NCBI GenBank assembly: GCA_958421275.1
Contig: CATZLI010000010.1
Location: 417 to 64,416 of the forward strand
DNA length: 64,000 nucleotides
Origin: an uncultured Collinsella sp.
GTDB lineage: Bacteria; Actinomycetota; Coriobacteriia; Coriobacteriales; Coriobacteriaceae
Reading direction: 5' to 3'
The number at the start of each line of letters is the position of its first letter. Position 1 is the stretch's first letter. Of the stretch, positions 63,682 through 64,000 are shown piece after piece. Under the pieces are notes generated by a model. It was not told the origin of the DNA. It was given only the letters and a program-made list of their open reading frames with translations, and searched no databases. Position numbers and translations under genes: made by a program.

Positions 63682-63726
63682 AACGGCCGGCCGCACGGAT
63701 GTATGTGCGGCCGGCCGTTATTTGTA
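63682..63726 (+). terminator. Intrinsic terminator of the asp23 operon
   Basis: AACGGCCGGCCGCAC-(8 nt)-GTGCGGCCGGCCGTT followed by ATTTGT. Confidence 0.75.
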
Positions 63727-63835
63727 TGTCCCCGATGTAGGCATACCGCTCGTCTAACTAGGGGTTGCAATCGTCGTGTTCCGCGTTACCCTAATGGGCG
63801 CATTGTTTCCAAATTGTTAACGAGGGGTTGCCGTA

Positions 63836-64000
63836 ATGGCTGACGAGCACGAAACAGAAAGCCAGGCATGGGCGATTGAGGCTGCCGCGGCAGAGGCGGC
63901 ATCGCGAGCTGCCGAGGAGGTACATCGTCCTCCCGTGGTGCCGATGGAGCGCGTGGTTGATCGCACCGATATCGAGCGCGGCGAGCGTGCCGGCCAAAAG
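63836..64000 (+). CDS. Hypothetical protein, 3'-truncated by the window edge
   Basis: ATG after GAGGGG. The open frame MADEHETESQAWAIEAAAAEAASRAAEE... runs to the end of the window. No motif recognised. Confidence 0.3.
   Translation, partial: MADEHETESQAWAIEAAAAEAASRAAEEVHRPPVVPMERVVDRTDIERGERAGQK

Overview
This is a GC-rich chromosomal segment with G/C-dominated third codon positions. It reads like core genome of a high-GC Gram-positive anaerobe. Gene content and an LAxTG sorting signal suggest Actinomycetota, possibly a Collinsella-like member of Coriobacteriia, but that is only a guess. I can support about 55 protein-coding genes, and nearly all are ordinary housekeeping or metabolic functions. 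In window order they are: a sucrose PTS/GH32 cluster behind a LacI repressor; DegV; an orphan PflA activase with MtnN; EngB; a divergent thrC-thrB / lysC-asd aspartate-family cluster; Ogt; a MacB-type ABC exporter; PfkA; a C45 Ntn-hydrolase; an M18 aminopeptidase; a D-2-hydroxyacid dehydrogenase; Map; a radical SAM protein; a degenerate-GGDEF/REC/HD-GYP protein with an orphan Hpt; a polar amino-acid ABC operon ending in a C26 amidotransferase; Dxs; an HD hydrolase with a PF06541-like membrane protein; a Cof-type HAD; a TetR regulator with a 1593-aa fused activase/dehydratase-like protein; DUF389; an 1151-aa LAxTG coiled-coil surface protein with an embedded CAP domain; an OPT transporter; CoaX; dCMP deaminase; Nfu; Lgt; a large polytopic membrane protein; YebC; and an amaP-DUF2273-asp23 operon. 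I saw no rRNA, tRNA, CRISPR array, transposase, integrase, prophage or complete known defence system. I cannot point to a clear multi-gene novel system. What the gene list does not explain is mostly non-coding: (1) a family of roughly 45-bp palindromic intergenic repeats built on a GGGAC(A/G)G core, with at least 10 copies in 3 variants; (2) several 70-190 bp multi-tier palindromes, two of them homologous with compensatory changes and one capped by a C(UUCG)G loop; (3) a 16-bp motif present 4 times in alternating orientation at about 40-bp phasing upstream of the amino-acid ABC operon; (4) a 43-codon hydrophobic, basic-tailed ORF with a sequestered Shine-Dalgarno and a convergent promoter-like site, a candidate type I toxin-antitoxin locus; (5) a G9 homopolymer inside the surface-protein gene, a possible phase-variation switch; (6) a deletion scar fusing an Abi_2-like abortive-infection gene fragment to a ClC channel fragment in a lower-GC patch. 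All calls come from reading the sequence and the ORF track by eye. No homology search, HMM, folding or statistics were run. Start codons were chosen from visible Shine-Dalgarno-like motifs and may be off by a few codons.
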